From Harriotta raleighana (taxonomy: Eukaryota), in the NCBI GenBank assembly GCA_050575255.1, contig JBNZDD010013668.1:2822847-2886846 (forward strand): DNA of 64,000 nt, written 5' to 3'. Below, piece after piece: positions 50,541 through 62,344 of this stretch. Numbering within the stretch: the stretch's first letter is position 1; each line of letters starts with the position of its first letter. The notes beneath the pieces were generated by a model that saw only the letters and a list, made by a program, of their open reading frames with translations, ran no database searches and was not told the origin of the DNA. The translations under genes were made by a program, and so were the position numbers.

Positions 50541-51964
50541 ATAAAAAAAATTTTACCTCTCCAATTTTACCCCAGCTAATTCCACTTCATGATCAAATGA
50601 CAAAGAATTAACCAAAATGCATCATAATAACAAATCGGATTTTATATAGGACTTTTCACATTGGAGACCCAACTCAGACCGATCTGATAGAAAATTGAAA
50701 AGTTCATAATCATGTTGTATTTATAATTACATTATACAAATGTAATTTTTATGTTGCAAAGGGTACTGTTCTAAATTCAGGATGAAACCACAAATGGGGG
50801 GAAATTCTATTGATTGTTAAGTTACCAAGTTTGCCAAATTTACACTTGCAATGAGAGCAATCCTATTGTGAGTGCATCCCACCAAAGTCATTATCTTTAC
50901 TGACCACTGGAAATTTATATCAATAGTCTGAGTCATGTGAACCCATCCTAATGCTACACAAAGTTACAAACAGTAAATAGCAATATGCTCAGTATACAAT
51001 TTATAAAATACAAATAAAATTTAAAGGCTCAGTGTTTTCTTTATCAAAGAGAAGGTAAGAGAAAGGGGAATATTTTCAATTAAGGTACTNGCTCAGTGTT
51101 TTTTTTATCAAAGAGAAGGTAAGAGAAAGGGGAATATTTTCAATTAAGGTACTCTCCAAAATAAGTAAAACCAAGTAAGACTATTCCTTGTTAGGAGATA
51201 TTTAAATGCATTTTCCTTTCTTCTGTGGGCATCTGCTAATTTGAGATTGTAGGCGCCAGGAAGTTACTCAGCTTCTGAGCGAGTTGCAGCAATTCCATAG
51301 GATTTAACACAGGATTTTTTTTCCTCTCCAGGCCTCGGTACTGATCAAGAAGCACCAAAGCCAAGAACCTTTAGCACCAGATGAGTACATGAGAAAATGC
51401 TGTGATACCATCTGTTGGTGACATCACCAAATGTAGACGTGTGCGAGACAAGGAAAACAAATCTCTATTTACAGCCCACACTTGATTAGATATTATCTAA
51501 TAGCCTGCACATGAAAGAGCTCACAGCGCTATACAAAAATAACTGTTTGTTTCCGATGAAAGGACATACGCAAAATACTACAACTATACAATGCAATTTA
51601 CACTTACATGACACTTTTCACATCAAATGATATTCTTCCAAAGCTTTCCAAATAGTTATTTCATACTCCATTACAATTGATGTTTGTTGCTGAATTGTTT
51701 ATGTCGTATATTCTGCAAAGTAAGTTATTGTACACACTGATAATGGCAACATAAAAATAACCTCAGTGGAATACGTACTGAGAGTCAATGCATAATCCAG
51801 AACTTTTGAATATAAAGTGATAATAACAATAATAATATTCCTTGCAAGTGCCCTATCATGGCATTGAGCNTTTTTGAATATAAAGTGATAATAACAATAA
51901 TAATAACAATAATAATATTCCTTGCAAGTGCCCTATCATGGCATTGAGCTCAATCGCATGTTCA

Positions 51965-52815
51965 TTCAAAAGTGTTNAGAGTACAAGAGTTGGGAAGTCT
52001 TGCTGCAATTTATAGGGCTTTGGTGAGACTGCACCTAGAATCTTGTGTGCAGTTTTGGTCTCTTTATTTGAAGAAAAGATATACTCGCCTTAGAGGGGCT
52101 GCAATGTAGATTCAGTAGGTTTTCCTGGGATAAGGGGGTTGACCAATAATAATAATCCTTGCATTTGATATAGTGCTTTTCACATCTTCTAGACGTCTCA
52201 AAGCGTATCACAGAATATACTGTGACATGAATTGACTGCATATTTGTGGGCGAAATGCGGCAGCTAATTGTGCACAGCATTCCCACAAACAGTCATGGAT
52301 TGAAATGACCAATTTAGTATAGGTTTTTTTTGGAGGGATAGATTGAGTAAACTGGGCCTATATTCTCTAGAACGTAAAAGAATTAAGAGGTGATTTTATA
52401 GAAACTTATAAGATTCTTAAGGGGATTGACAGAGTAGTCAGTGTAAGACTGTTTCCCCTGGTTAGAGAATCTAAAACTAGGGGTCATATGTTCAAGGATT
52501 GAGCATCCACAGTCTTCTGGGGTAGAGAATTCCTTAAAGATTAAGGGTCAGCCTTTTCGAACAGAGTTGAGGAAACATTTCTTAACTCAGAGGGTAATGA
52601 AGTTAAGGAATTCTCTACCCCAGAAGACTGTGGATGCTCAATCCTTGAACATATTCAAGACTGAGAATGATATATTTCCAATGGATAGANGAATTAAAGG
52701 ATATGGGGATAGTAGGGGGTAAATGGAATTAGGTTAGAAGATCATCCATGATCCTATCACATGGTGGGGCAGGCCTGATGGGCCAAATGGCCTACTCCTG
52801 CTCCTATTTCTTATG
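51965..52815 (+). mobile_element. CR1 LINE 3' part, containing a SINE fragment (52145-52339, minus) and a 52-bp inverted duplication
   Basis: ALVRLHLESCVQFWS...LYSLERKR.RGDFIETYKILKGIDRV motifs; GGCCTACTCCTGCTCCTATTTCTTATG terminus. Confidence 0.85.
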
Positions 52816-53507
52816 GTCAATGAGCTTCACAGGTAATATTATAAAATAGATTGATTGTGTATTTTGTGGGCAAAACAAAATATATTTATTTTTAAAATTA
52901 AGTATGTTTTCAATGGAAAATTCAGTGTTGTGTTTAGGCTTTGTGTTAATTGCTTTAGAATGTCCATGATATAGATTTATTCAGAGACAATTTACCTACT
53001 CAACCTCACAACTATAATGAGAATGACAGGAATCCTCTCCGGTCATTTAACTACTGTCTTGTTCACCCATTTAAACAAGAGAAATGAGAAAAAAATGGAT
53101 TTAATACATAATCTGCCAACTCTAACTTTTAATACTACTGAAGCATTTGGGAAATGTTACGTTACCAATTAACCTAACTGAAAATCAAACAATTTAGTGC
53201 AATAAATATAAAATTTGAGAAGAGACAAAACACTGAACTATGATTCAGTACCAGAACCTAATGGCATTCCATTTATCTGTTATATTTGCATTCAAATTTG
53301 ATATTTATATCTGTTTCAACATTTTAATATATATTTTAAAAATCTCAGTTTAATTCTGTAATCTGTACCGTAATTTAGGTGCAATATTTATGGAAATTGG
53401 TAGAAAAATAATCCCTACTTTTATTTCCAGAAACTAATACTGTACGTATGTGTCAAACAAATGTAGCAGTTGTGGGCAGGAAGCAATTTCGAGACAAATT
53501 ATGTGTT

Positions 53508-53935
53508 AGGCTGGCTCAGTTGGTAGCATTCTCACAGGTTATGGGTTCCAGATCTACATTGGGACTTGGAAACACATAGTCTAAGACGACATTTCAATAT
53601 GGTACTGGGGGGTGCGCTACATTGTTGAAGGTGCCATTTTTTGGATGAGAAATTAAACCAATGTCCCTATCTGCTTGTTCAGGTGGACTTTAAATATCCT
53701 GTGGCCCCATTCAAAACAAGAAGGGTGTTTCTCACAGTGTCCTGGTCAGCAATCTCCCAAATAAAATTGGTCATTCACTTCATGGGTGTTCGTGGAATGT
53801 TGCTGTGTTCAAATTAGCTGCTATGTTCGCATACAATATACACAGTACCACAATAGTTCTCAGGAAATTCTCGAAAGTGATTTGAAACATCCTCTAAATG
53901 TGAAGAATGCTATATCAAATTCAAGGATTATATTA
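53508..53935 (+). mobile_element. Full-length older Deu-domain SINE
   Basis: GGCTCAGTTGGTAGCA head; GGTGCCATTTTTTGGATGAGA..TTAAACC..GTTCAGGTGGA Deu core; the same tail as the young SINE. Confidence 0.75.
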
Positions 53936-54617
53936 TTATCTAACTGTGAATAACCTAAGATCATATTGCTGTGGGCATTGATACTGATAATATAAATGCT
54001 GTTCAACCTACCAAGGCTTTCATTCTTGCAGCAGAAATCTGGATACTGCTGGATATCCTGGAAGAATGAGTGTATTTTATTGAAATGACTGATTGCTGGA
54101 ACTGCATTTTGCTAAATTGGTTAAGAGTGTGGCCCTGCATGATGTGAAAGGAGCTCTATAAATGTAATTTTGTTGTTGTGTGGGTTAAAAAGAGCACCAC
54201 TTCAGGACAGGAAGAAAAGGGGAAGTAAGTGAACATTATAAGATAGTATTGTATTGTGCAAGAAAATATTGGGAGAGGAATGGGAGACAATTAGGAAAAA
54301 GAAAATGAGGACCATAAGCGAGCTCAAATGGGAGATTAGGGACGAGGGTACATTTCAGAGATCATGTTGCAGAGGAATGAATAAGGAAGTGAAACAGATA
54401 AAAGGTCATTCAAGACAATCCCATTATAATGCAATCATCCGGGTAAAATACATCAGAGGCCAGGTTAAATGGGATGTGAAAAACTGATTGCTGCTGCCTT
54501 CATTTTCTGTATATTGTGTGCATGGTATTATAGTTGGCACTGCCTTCAAGTAGTGTTGCTAGTGGTACTAGCTACACATACCCCGGAGGTGAGGCATAGG
54601 CAGTGACATAGTTGGGT

Positions 54618-54805
54618 AACAACAACAAATTACAATTGTATAGCACCTTTCAGGTCGAGAGGATGTCCCAAGGGGCTGGACAGTCCAGGGATTTGGACTC
54701 GATCAGGAGGTTGGGTTCAGGAGGAGTGGAAAGCAGAGAGGGTGGGGGTATTAAGGGTGACTGAAGGCATGATTGAAGAGGAGGGTCTTGAGACATGACT
54801 TGAAA
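54618..54805 (-). mobile_element. L2 3' end
   Basis: (TTG)n tail plus FKSCLKTLLFNHAF. Confidence 0.75.
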
Positions 54806-55444
54806 CAATCCAACGACCGAGAAAATGGCAATATTTGAGCACAGGTAGCTAACCACACTTTCACCTGAAAAAGCACCATATTTCCAATACTCAATGCTCT
54901 TGCACAGGACACCCACTTTAAAAGAGGGCCCATTCTCTGACAAAGCCATTAATATCCATTCTCAGCTACCAAACAAGAATACTTTACTATGATGCAAATC
55001 ATCAGCATACAAGCAGTAAAACAAAGTTACATTTGCTGGCAAATCCATGAATGACATTTGAAACCTGCTGACTTCAATATATGAATAGCAAGTAAAAAAG
55101 TAAAATAATAAATGGTTGCAGGGTTCCTAGGATTCAGCTCTATAGACAAATGCAGTTTCATCCACTGAAGAAAATACTGTACGTTTATTTACTAGCCGTC
55201 AAAATAGCCATTTCTATATCAATTTAATACCGTCGAGCTTATTTCTGTGGGGGGTTTTCTCCATCAGTATCTACACTCATGATAATTGAGCAAATCCTGT
55301 TGCAGTTATTATGGAGCAGTGATGTTGGAATGGAGGAAGGCGAGAGAGAGGAAGAGCTTTACACAGAAGGAAGAGAGACACTGGGAGTGAGAGAGTGTGT
55401 TGTGAGAGTGTTAAACATAGCACTTTCTTGCCCCCACCCCCACA

Positions 55445-55475
<31 letters not shown>

Positions 55476-55663
55476 ATGTGTATTCTGTTGCATTTGTGTT
55501 AACCGAAATACAAATCACGCCAAACAAGAAGAGCAATTAATTGACACTTCGCATGTATTAAGTATAATCTTTTACCAAGACGTTCAGAGACTATGTGTCT
55601 AGTATTTTATACAATTTGGTGGTGGGAGTGGGGGGGGGGGGGGGGGGGGNGGGGGGGGGGGGG
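55445..55663. repeat. (CT)n microsatellite (55445-55475) and poly-G run (55630-55663)
   Basis: Direct inspection. Confidence 0.85.
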
Positions 55664-56704
55664 GAAGCAGACAGTTCAAGTCACACTTTAGAGGGCACTT
55701 AATAATCGCAATTATAAACTGTTTGTTTTTAAATGACTCTTTATGTAGAGGAGGCATCTTGGGATAATCTCACGTGTAAACTAATTTGTTGTAATAATCC
55801 AGATTTACGTTGTTAACACTGGGAAGATTGGAATATCAAGTCTCTCCAAAGAATCAGACACAACCTAAAAAAAAACACCCCAAAGCCTATAATATGATGG
55901 AACTTGTGCTACTTCGAGTGACATGTGCACAGCTGTGTTTTGTGGTTAGGGCAAGGAGTTAGGGGGGCAATGCAGTATTTTCAACCTCCCAGTTTACAAG
56001 TGTCATCATTCATGTCAGTGAGCAAGGCAGTGCAGACGAAAGCGTGCAGACAGGATGAGAAAGAAGGTGGATTGAATGGACAAGGAGGTGACAAAACTTC
56101 TTGGAGCAAATTCTACAAGGTCCAAGACTCACTCTCACACCAGCCACTGACTGCACTGTCTGAAACAAGTGAAGTTTCTCCGGGAAGTCGGCAGCAGAAA
56201 GTTTGGAAGATTAGTCTGGTATTTCTACAAGATTGTAGATTACTAACACGGAAATTCCCCACTAAATTGTTTGGTTCCAGTGATTAACCAAAGTTTTACT
56301 GGAGTGATATTTTTTCTTTAAACCCCCCCCACCCCATCCCTCCCCACCCAGACACACAAATGTATCCTCATGCCCAATGGTCTTTTTTGTTGTTGTATTT
56401 TACTAAAATAATTCAGTAAAGATTTGTGTGGGTTGCAAATGCAATCCATTAATAAACTTCATGGTCTCACAGGGAATTCAAAACACTTTTGTTCAACAAA
56501 AACACGCAGCAACCATCTCTCTGCGTTCAGCAACTTAACATTAGGTCTCAGAGGGCTATCTGCCGACATCTTTGCGTTTGATAACAAAATATATGAAATA
56601 CCAGAATAGCACAATGTAACACACACAGCATTTACAAGCTGACAAATCCCCATGACAACGGTTTCGAGGCTGTCCTGACGCTGTGTTGTTCGTTTCCATA
56701 GAGC

Positions 56705-57220
56705 CTATATGTGTGTGTGTGTCTATATGTCTGCCTGTATNCTGACTGCTCTGTGTATGTCTGCCTGTATGTGTGTGTGTGTCTATATGTCTGCCTGNNN
56801 NNNNNNNNNNNNNNNNNNNNNNNNNNNNNNNNNNNNNNNNNNNNNNNNNNNNNNNNNNNNNNNNNNNNNNNNNNNNNNNNNNNNNNNNNNNNNNNNNNNN
56901 NNNNNNNNNNNNNNNNNNNNNNNNNNNNNNNNNNNNNNNNNTGTGTGTCTATATGTCTGCCTGTGTGTGTGTGTGTGTCTATATGTCTGCCTGTATGTGG
57001 GTGTGTGTGTCTATATGTCTGCCTGTATGTGTGTGTGTGTGTCTATATGTCTGCCTGTATGTGTCTATATGTATGTGTCTGTGTCTTTATGTCTGTCTGT
57101 GTGATTGTGAGTATGGCTGTCGGTATCTGTGTGTGTGTCTGTCTGTGTGTGTGTAAATGTCAGTCTGTGTGTGTGTGTGTGTGTGTATGTCAGCCTGTGT
57201 GTGTGTATGTGTGTGTGTTA
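56705..57220. repeat. TG-rich minisatellite (unit ~GTCTATATGTCTGCCTGTATGTGTGTGT) spanning a gap
   Basis: The unit is repeated on both sides of the gap at 56798-56941. Confidence 0.9.
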
Positions 57221-57423
57221 GTGCAAACACACTATTGGGGATTGTTTTGGGTTCGAAAACATGTTTTTTTTTGTTTCACATTTAAAACCAACCCACACTT
57301 GTTGTATCTGGAGCACAAAAAGGGGAGGGGAGGGGACAAGATATATTTTTAAATGAATTAGCTGAAGAGGGAAGGAGCTAAAGTCTAGGTTTGTCAGTCA
57401 AGAGATAATACATATACTTATGC

Positions 57424-57496
57424 TATATATATATAGAGATATTTATCTATATAATATAGATATATATATATCTATATATATAGATAGATATATATA
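57424..57496. repeat. (TA)n/(TAGA) low-complexity tract at the 5' end of the intron
   Basis: Direct inspection. Confidence 0.85.
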
Positions 57497-57567
57497 ACTA
57501 ATAATTCTCTCCTGACTATAAATCCTCGCTGGTGAGAGGATTAATATGAATCCCATCAGCATCTTAC

Positions 57568-58146
57568 CTTTGCAGCCACCGAAGAGCCTGGTTTCTCCAG
57601 CAAATCCCACAACTTCTGCCTCTTCTCTGGGCAGCAAGAGCTGTCAAACTCCTCTCCCTCCCTCTCCTTCATGGTCTCGGCTTCCCGCCTCAGCTCCTCG
57701 TTCATCTGCTCTTTTTTCTGATGGTACCTGGCTTGGCAGCAAGACTCCAAGTAAATCTCATCCACCCCCCAGTAGTCGAGCTCCTGGCCGAACGACAGAG
57801 CGCACATCTCCTCCATCATGTGCAGTTTCCCAGTGCGGTAGAAATTCAAGATCGACGTGAAAGCCCCCGGGTGTCGATCAAAAAAGTACTCGTTCTCGGG
57901 CAGGTCGTAGTCATCGCAGACTTCCATCAGGGATTCGTCGGTGTTGCAATCCCTGAGCTTTCCCAGGCGTGTCCTGGGGAGCCTGTCCAGCGTTCTCCAC
58001 AGCACTTCGTGGTTGAGTCCCCCCACGTTGATCTTCACCCTCCGGGAGCAAGCCTTGCTCCTGGTGTTCTCGATGGGCTCCGGCGGGAGGGAGGCTGTGG
58101 ATCCGGAGGCTTTCTTGGCCATGACTGTTGGGATCTTCTCAGCCAT
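57568..58146 (-). CDS. KCNB2: First coding exon of voltage-gated potassium channel Kv2.2 (N-terminus + T1 tetramerisation domain, 193 aa)
   Basis: Translation [24 protein letters not shown]...[33 protein letters not shown]...[42 protein letters not shown]...[16 protein letters not shown]. The MAEK start, [11 protein letters not shown] and SFGQELDY are Kv2.2-type rather than Kv2.1. ATG at 58146 in context TCCATGG. The exon ends AAG|GTAAGAT at 57568/57567 (phase 0, 579 nt). Confidence 0.96.
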
Positions 58147-58264
58147 GGACGGACTTGGGGACTGGGACTGGGGGGAGTCTGTGTGACTGACTGCAGCAAC
58201 AGCAGCAACCAGCCAGCAACAGCAGCAGCAATAGATGCTGGGGAGAGAGGGGGGGGGGGGGGGG
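58147..58264 (-). other. Candidate 5'UTR part of the exon with splice acceptor (polypyrimidine tract + CAG|C, exon start 58237)
   Basis: Minus strand reads ccccccccccccccctctctccccAG|CATCTATTG, 91 nt upstream of the ATG. A short (CTG/TTG)n tract lies in the UTR. Confidence 0.5.
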
Positions 58265-58861
58265 TGTATGTGTGTGTATGAGTGTGTGTGGACACACACC
58301 CGCTGCAGTAGTTGGAGCCGGAGCGAGAGCCTGGGAGACGCGAGAGAGAGAGAGAGAAAGAGACAGACAGACAAGAGAGAGAGNCGCACGAAAAAAAAAC
58401 CCAAAACCAAAATCAAACGAATCACAGAACAACAGCGGGAATATAAATATAAATCAAACGATTCATAAATTATCCAGGAAGAATATCAAGCAAATCATAA
58501 CAACACAATTAACAGATTAAATAAATAGCAAGAATCGATGTCAGTAAAAAAAAANNNNNNNNNNNNNNNNNNNNNNNNNNNNNNNNNNNNNNNNNNNNNN
58601 NNNNNNNNNNNNNNNNNNNNNNNNNNNNNNNNNNNNNNNNNNNNNNNNNNNNNNNNNNNNNNNNNNNNNNNNNNNNNNNNNNNNNNNNNNNNNNNNNNNN
58701 NCAGGTTAGATTATTCCTGGTCACAGGAGCTCTTTCTCCATTGTCGAAGCCAAAGAGGAAAACAATATGCCAGTCGTCGGGAGTGAGTGTATGAAATCTC
58801 CGCTGGCTTAAAATCAGTTTCATTCAACGTTATCGTCTCTCCCTCTCAGGCAAGTGAGAGC

Positions 58862-58958
58862 CGGAGCTGGAGCTGGAGCAGGAGCTGGAGCAAGGGATGG
58901 AGCTGGAGCAGGGGATGGAACAGGAGCAGAAACTGGAACAGGAGCAGGAACAGGAGCA
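58862..58958. repeat. Hexamer tandem repeat (GGAGCW/GGAACA)n
   Basis: About 16 degenerate units. Confidence 0.85.
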
Positions 58959-59039
58959 GATGCTGTGGGTGAACATCAGGGCGAACACCCACCCCCTGAG
59001 TGACCAGACAGGGAGAGCTGCTCTGTCTCTCTCTCTCTC

Positions 59040-59160
59040 TCTCAGAGGAGGGGAGACAGAGAGGGGAGGCGTCGCCTCGCGTGTAACCCCCCCCCCCCCT
59101 CCCCCTCCCCCCCCCAAGATCCCAGATTGGGCTGATTCACGCCCAATTGGGCGTGTTTTG
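59040..59160 (-). promoter_or_regulatory. Putative proximal promoter: two CCAAT boxes, 18-bp palindrome, GC/GA boxes, CpG-rich
   Basis: ATTGG at 59126-59130 and 59146-59150; palindrome CACGCCCAATTGGGCGTG at 59138-59155; C-rich Sp-like tract at 59087-59115; several CpGs in an otherwise CpG-poor window. Confidence 0.45.
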
Positions 59161-59419
59161 TTCTCTGTTGTACTGGTTCAGTACTGCACGCTTGTCTTGT
59201 GTTTCTCTTCCATACATATGTATATTTGGGGGGGGGCGGCCACCTAATTTTTATCCATGCGATGACTTTGAAGGATGCGAGGTTTCCATACCCCACACGC
59301 CTCGGTTTAGTTAGCAGTAAGTAGGGACCAGGTTGTTAGTCGATTGGCGGGTTGCTTTACGGGCAGGGTGTGAGGTGGGGGTGCTGGTGGGGGGGGGGGG
59401 GAAGTCTCCTTGTTTATCG

Positions 59420-60820
59420 TCCCAAGCTGCTACATAACTCCTTCTCTGCCATTCTCGAAACCCTTGCCCCCCTCACCTCCCGAACCATTTCNCACCCTTC
59501 TGGCCTCCTTGTGCCTCTGCTTCCCTTACTCCTTCTCTGCTGCCCTGGAGTCATGAACTCCTCCCCCGCTGGGCTTTCACCCGCGATGACCTATCTTCCA
59601 CGGCCACTCTTCAACAACAACAAAATAATGACATTTGTACAACGCCTTTCACATCGGAAGGATGTCCCAAGCTGCTACATAACTCCTTCTCTGCCATTCT
59701 CGAAACCCTTGCCCCCCTCACCTCCCGAACCATTTCCTATTCATACAAGTCACCCTGGTACTTCAGTCACCTCTGCTTCCTCAAGGCTCAAATTTAATTT
59801 AACTGTCCACTGGCAGATCTGACTGGACCACATCAGAATATATTGCTCCGCCCTCACCTCCGCTAAATCATTCTTCCACTCCAGGATAATCTTGGGAGTC
59901 CAAGGACAATGCAAGGCCTCTCTTCTGCATCACCAACCAGCTTCTCTGCCCACCATCTCATGCCTCATCCATCCCCTTCTCCATCTCTGACAGTGAGGAG
60001 ATGCTGGTTTTCCTTGAGACCCAAATCGAGGGGATCAGTTCAACCACCTCTGCCCTTCCAACTGCTACCCCCCCCCCCCCCCCCAACTCCCCCTCACATT
60101 CCAGCCCCTACCCCTGCCTCCCTCATCACCTTCCGACCTGTCTTCCCCTCTGTCACTATTATAATCAACATGAAACCAACTACCTGCTGCTTCGACCCCG
60201 TCACTACCGGTCTCCTTACTTCCCAGCTCCATCTCCTGGCCCCTCCATTCGCAGATATCATCAACCTCTCCCTGTCCACTGACATGATCCCGCCATCATC
60301 ACCCCATCCTCAAAATCCTTCCCTGGACCCATCCCTGCTCTCAAATTACTGCCTCCATCTCCAACCTCTCTTTCCAAGGCCCTTGATCGAATCGTTGCTT
60401 CCCAGGTTTGCTCCTTCCTCTCCCACAAACCCCTCTAGTCAGGATTCTGTGACTTACCTCAAACACCATCTCCATTTTGTCTCCACAGACAGCTTCTACT
60501 TTAGCCCCCACATGTGTGGTGTTCCTCCAGGATCTGTCCTTGGTCCCCTCCTCTTCAACTTGTAGATGCTCCCTTTTGGTGACATCATCCACAGACATGG
60601 GGGTCACCTTCCACATGTATGCAGATGACTCCCAAATCTATTTCTCTGCCCCAACCCAAGTCCACTGCTGCCTGACAGAATGTCTGTCAGACGTCAACTC
60701 CTGGATGAGAGCTAACTTTCTACAGCTGAACGACAACAAGACCGAGGCCCCCCTGATTGGCTCCTGCCAGCGCCGCCAACCCTCAGGCATTGATAGCATT
60801 TCACGTGAGCTCTGGTTGTA
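59420..60820 (+). mobile_element. Decayed L2 LINE ORF2 (with an inserted short L2 tail at about 59612-59670)
   Basis: MKPTTCCFDP, CGVPPGSVLGPLLF, FHMYADDSQIY, CLSDVNSWMRANFLQLNDNKTE. Confidence 0.88.
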
Positions 60821-61769
60821 GAGGCAGTTTAGTGCATGCTGCCCACCACCATACAAACCACCTCCCACCACATTTTTAAAATTAATTTAAATTGTGCAAT
60901 CCACTTAAACTGGACACGCAAGAGCAGCCATTTTTGATTGGCTGTAGCGGCTTCCACCTATATTTGTTAGTGTAAAAATATATTTACACTGTACTTCCCT
61001 CATTAAAACCATACTCCTAGCAGAAAAAGGAAAAACCCAACACTTTTAAACCTGTTATAAACCGCAACAGAACTGTCCCCTTGTGAGGGGCGTATCTTCT
61101 CACACTCCGGGTCCACTCAAGTGGAGGGACCAAGGCTTCCTCACTTCAGGGTTCTGCTGCCTTTTATCTACAGGGAGCAGCTACACTTTTGGAGGCTAGT
61201 CCCAACTCTGCCAAACTTCACCCACTGCCCCCGATGACATGTCAAACGTCACGCTGTCCTCTCCTGTCACCAATGCCGGCAGATTGGGGTGTTGTTTTAA
61301 TTGTTACTCGTGTGTGAAAAAACTTATTTGGGAGGGTGCCTGATTTTTCAAATAATTTAAAAAATTTAAATCTTCAATAATGATACTTGTCTGCAAGGCT
61401 GTGGACTTGTTTGGATTTAACAATCAGGACTTGCTGATGATTGCAAGACAAAAGTAAATGTGGAATCAACCTCAAGATCATCAAGCTCTCATTCTTGGCA
61501 GGGATCCAAGAGGGAATATGATGACCATCTGAGCGAGAAGCTTTAGGCTTATACTCTCAATTCAAAACAGATGGATTCTTTGAGCAACAAAACTAGAATT
61601 GGTGTTTATTTCCTTGGCCCTTATGATCGTAGAAAATGTTACTAACTCAGGCATGATTTTCTAGGGGAAGCACTGAGTTAAGCATTAATCTAGGTGCTGG
61701 CATTTGGTGACATGATTAACTTGTATGATCTAAGATGACTCTCTGATATTGTGTCAGGGAGGTTGGGGA

Positions 61770-62100
61770 GGGCCTCATTGTTGGAGGTGCCATCCCACAG
61801 ATGAGGCATTAAACCGATCTGCCTGTGCAAACTGATGTTAAAGATCCAGAAGCACTATCCAAAAAGAGACGGGAGAATGTTCCTATATCCAAGCAAAAAT
61901 TTGTCTTCCTTCGTGGCATTTACTTCCATCATCCATTAAATTCTTCATTTACTATGTGGATATTTGAGGAACATTACGTGTGTACAAATTGGCTGTTATG
62001 TTTGCCCACAAAACACACAGAACTGTACAGAATATTGCATGAAGATATTTGGGGCATCCTCCTGACATGAAAGACACTATGCCAAATGTAAGGATTATCA
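61770..62100 (+). mobile_element. Older Deu-SINE 3' part
   Basis: CATTGTTGGAGGTGCC...GATGAG...TTAAACCGA...GATGTTAAAGATCC plus tail. Confidence 0.65.
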
Positions 62101-62344
62101 TTTTTCCACACTGCTAAGGTTAGTCATTTTGTAGAGTAGAATTGCATCCTATTAGTGTTGCATATATTGTTTGTTATATTTTTGTACAGCACCATCGTGT
62201 GGCTGGAATAGAACAGTTCAACAACATGTTGTTCAAGAGAGATGCTCAAGAAATCTATTTTCTATGAAACAGTGGTCAACTATTTTTAATAGAGTTTTTT
62301 TTCGGAGATGATCAAAAACCATAGTAGAAAATCTGTTCTGGAAG

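Larger units (their letters stand above)
1..57567 (-). other. KCNB2: Large intron of KCNB2 downstream of the T1 exon (continues beyond the window start)
   Basis: Canonical GTAAG donor at 57567. No transmembrane/pore exon is visible in the ORF track for 1-57567. Kv2 genes are known to have one very large intron at this position. Confidence 0.85.

Noticed and set aside
51028-51152. Tandem ~62-bp duplication
   Set aside because: Centred on a single N (51090); assembly overlap.
51803-51950. Tandem ~70-bp duplication differing in an AAT tract
   Set aside because: Centred on the N at 51870; probably two haplotypes joined at a contig overlap.
58147-58425. In-frame 93-codon N-terminal extension of the KCNB2 ORF
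   Set aside because: Non-ATG start, made of microsatellite sequence, crosses an N and a probable splice acceptor; Kv2.2 homology begins at MAEK.
59419-59735. ~72-bp direct repeat (59419-59491 vs 59664-59736)
   Set aside because: The first copy ends at the N at 59492; likely misassembly.
61060-61270. Possible solo LTR (GC-richer, TATA-like motif on minus)
   Set aside because: No clear TG...CA ends, TSD or second copy in the window.
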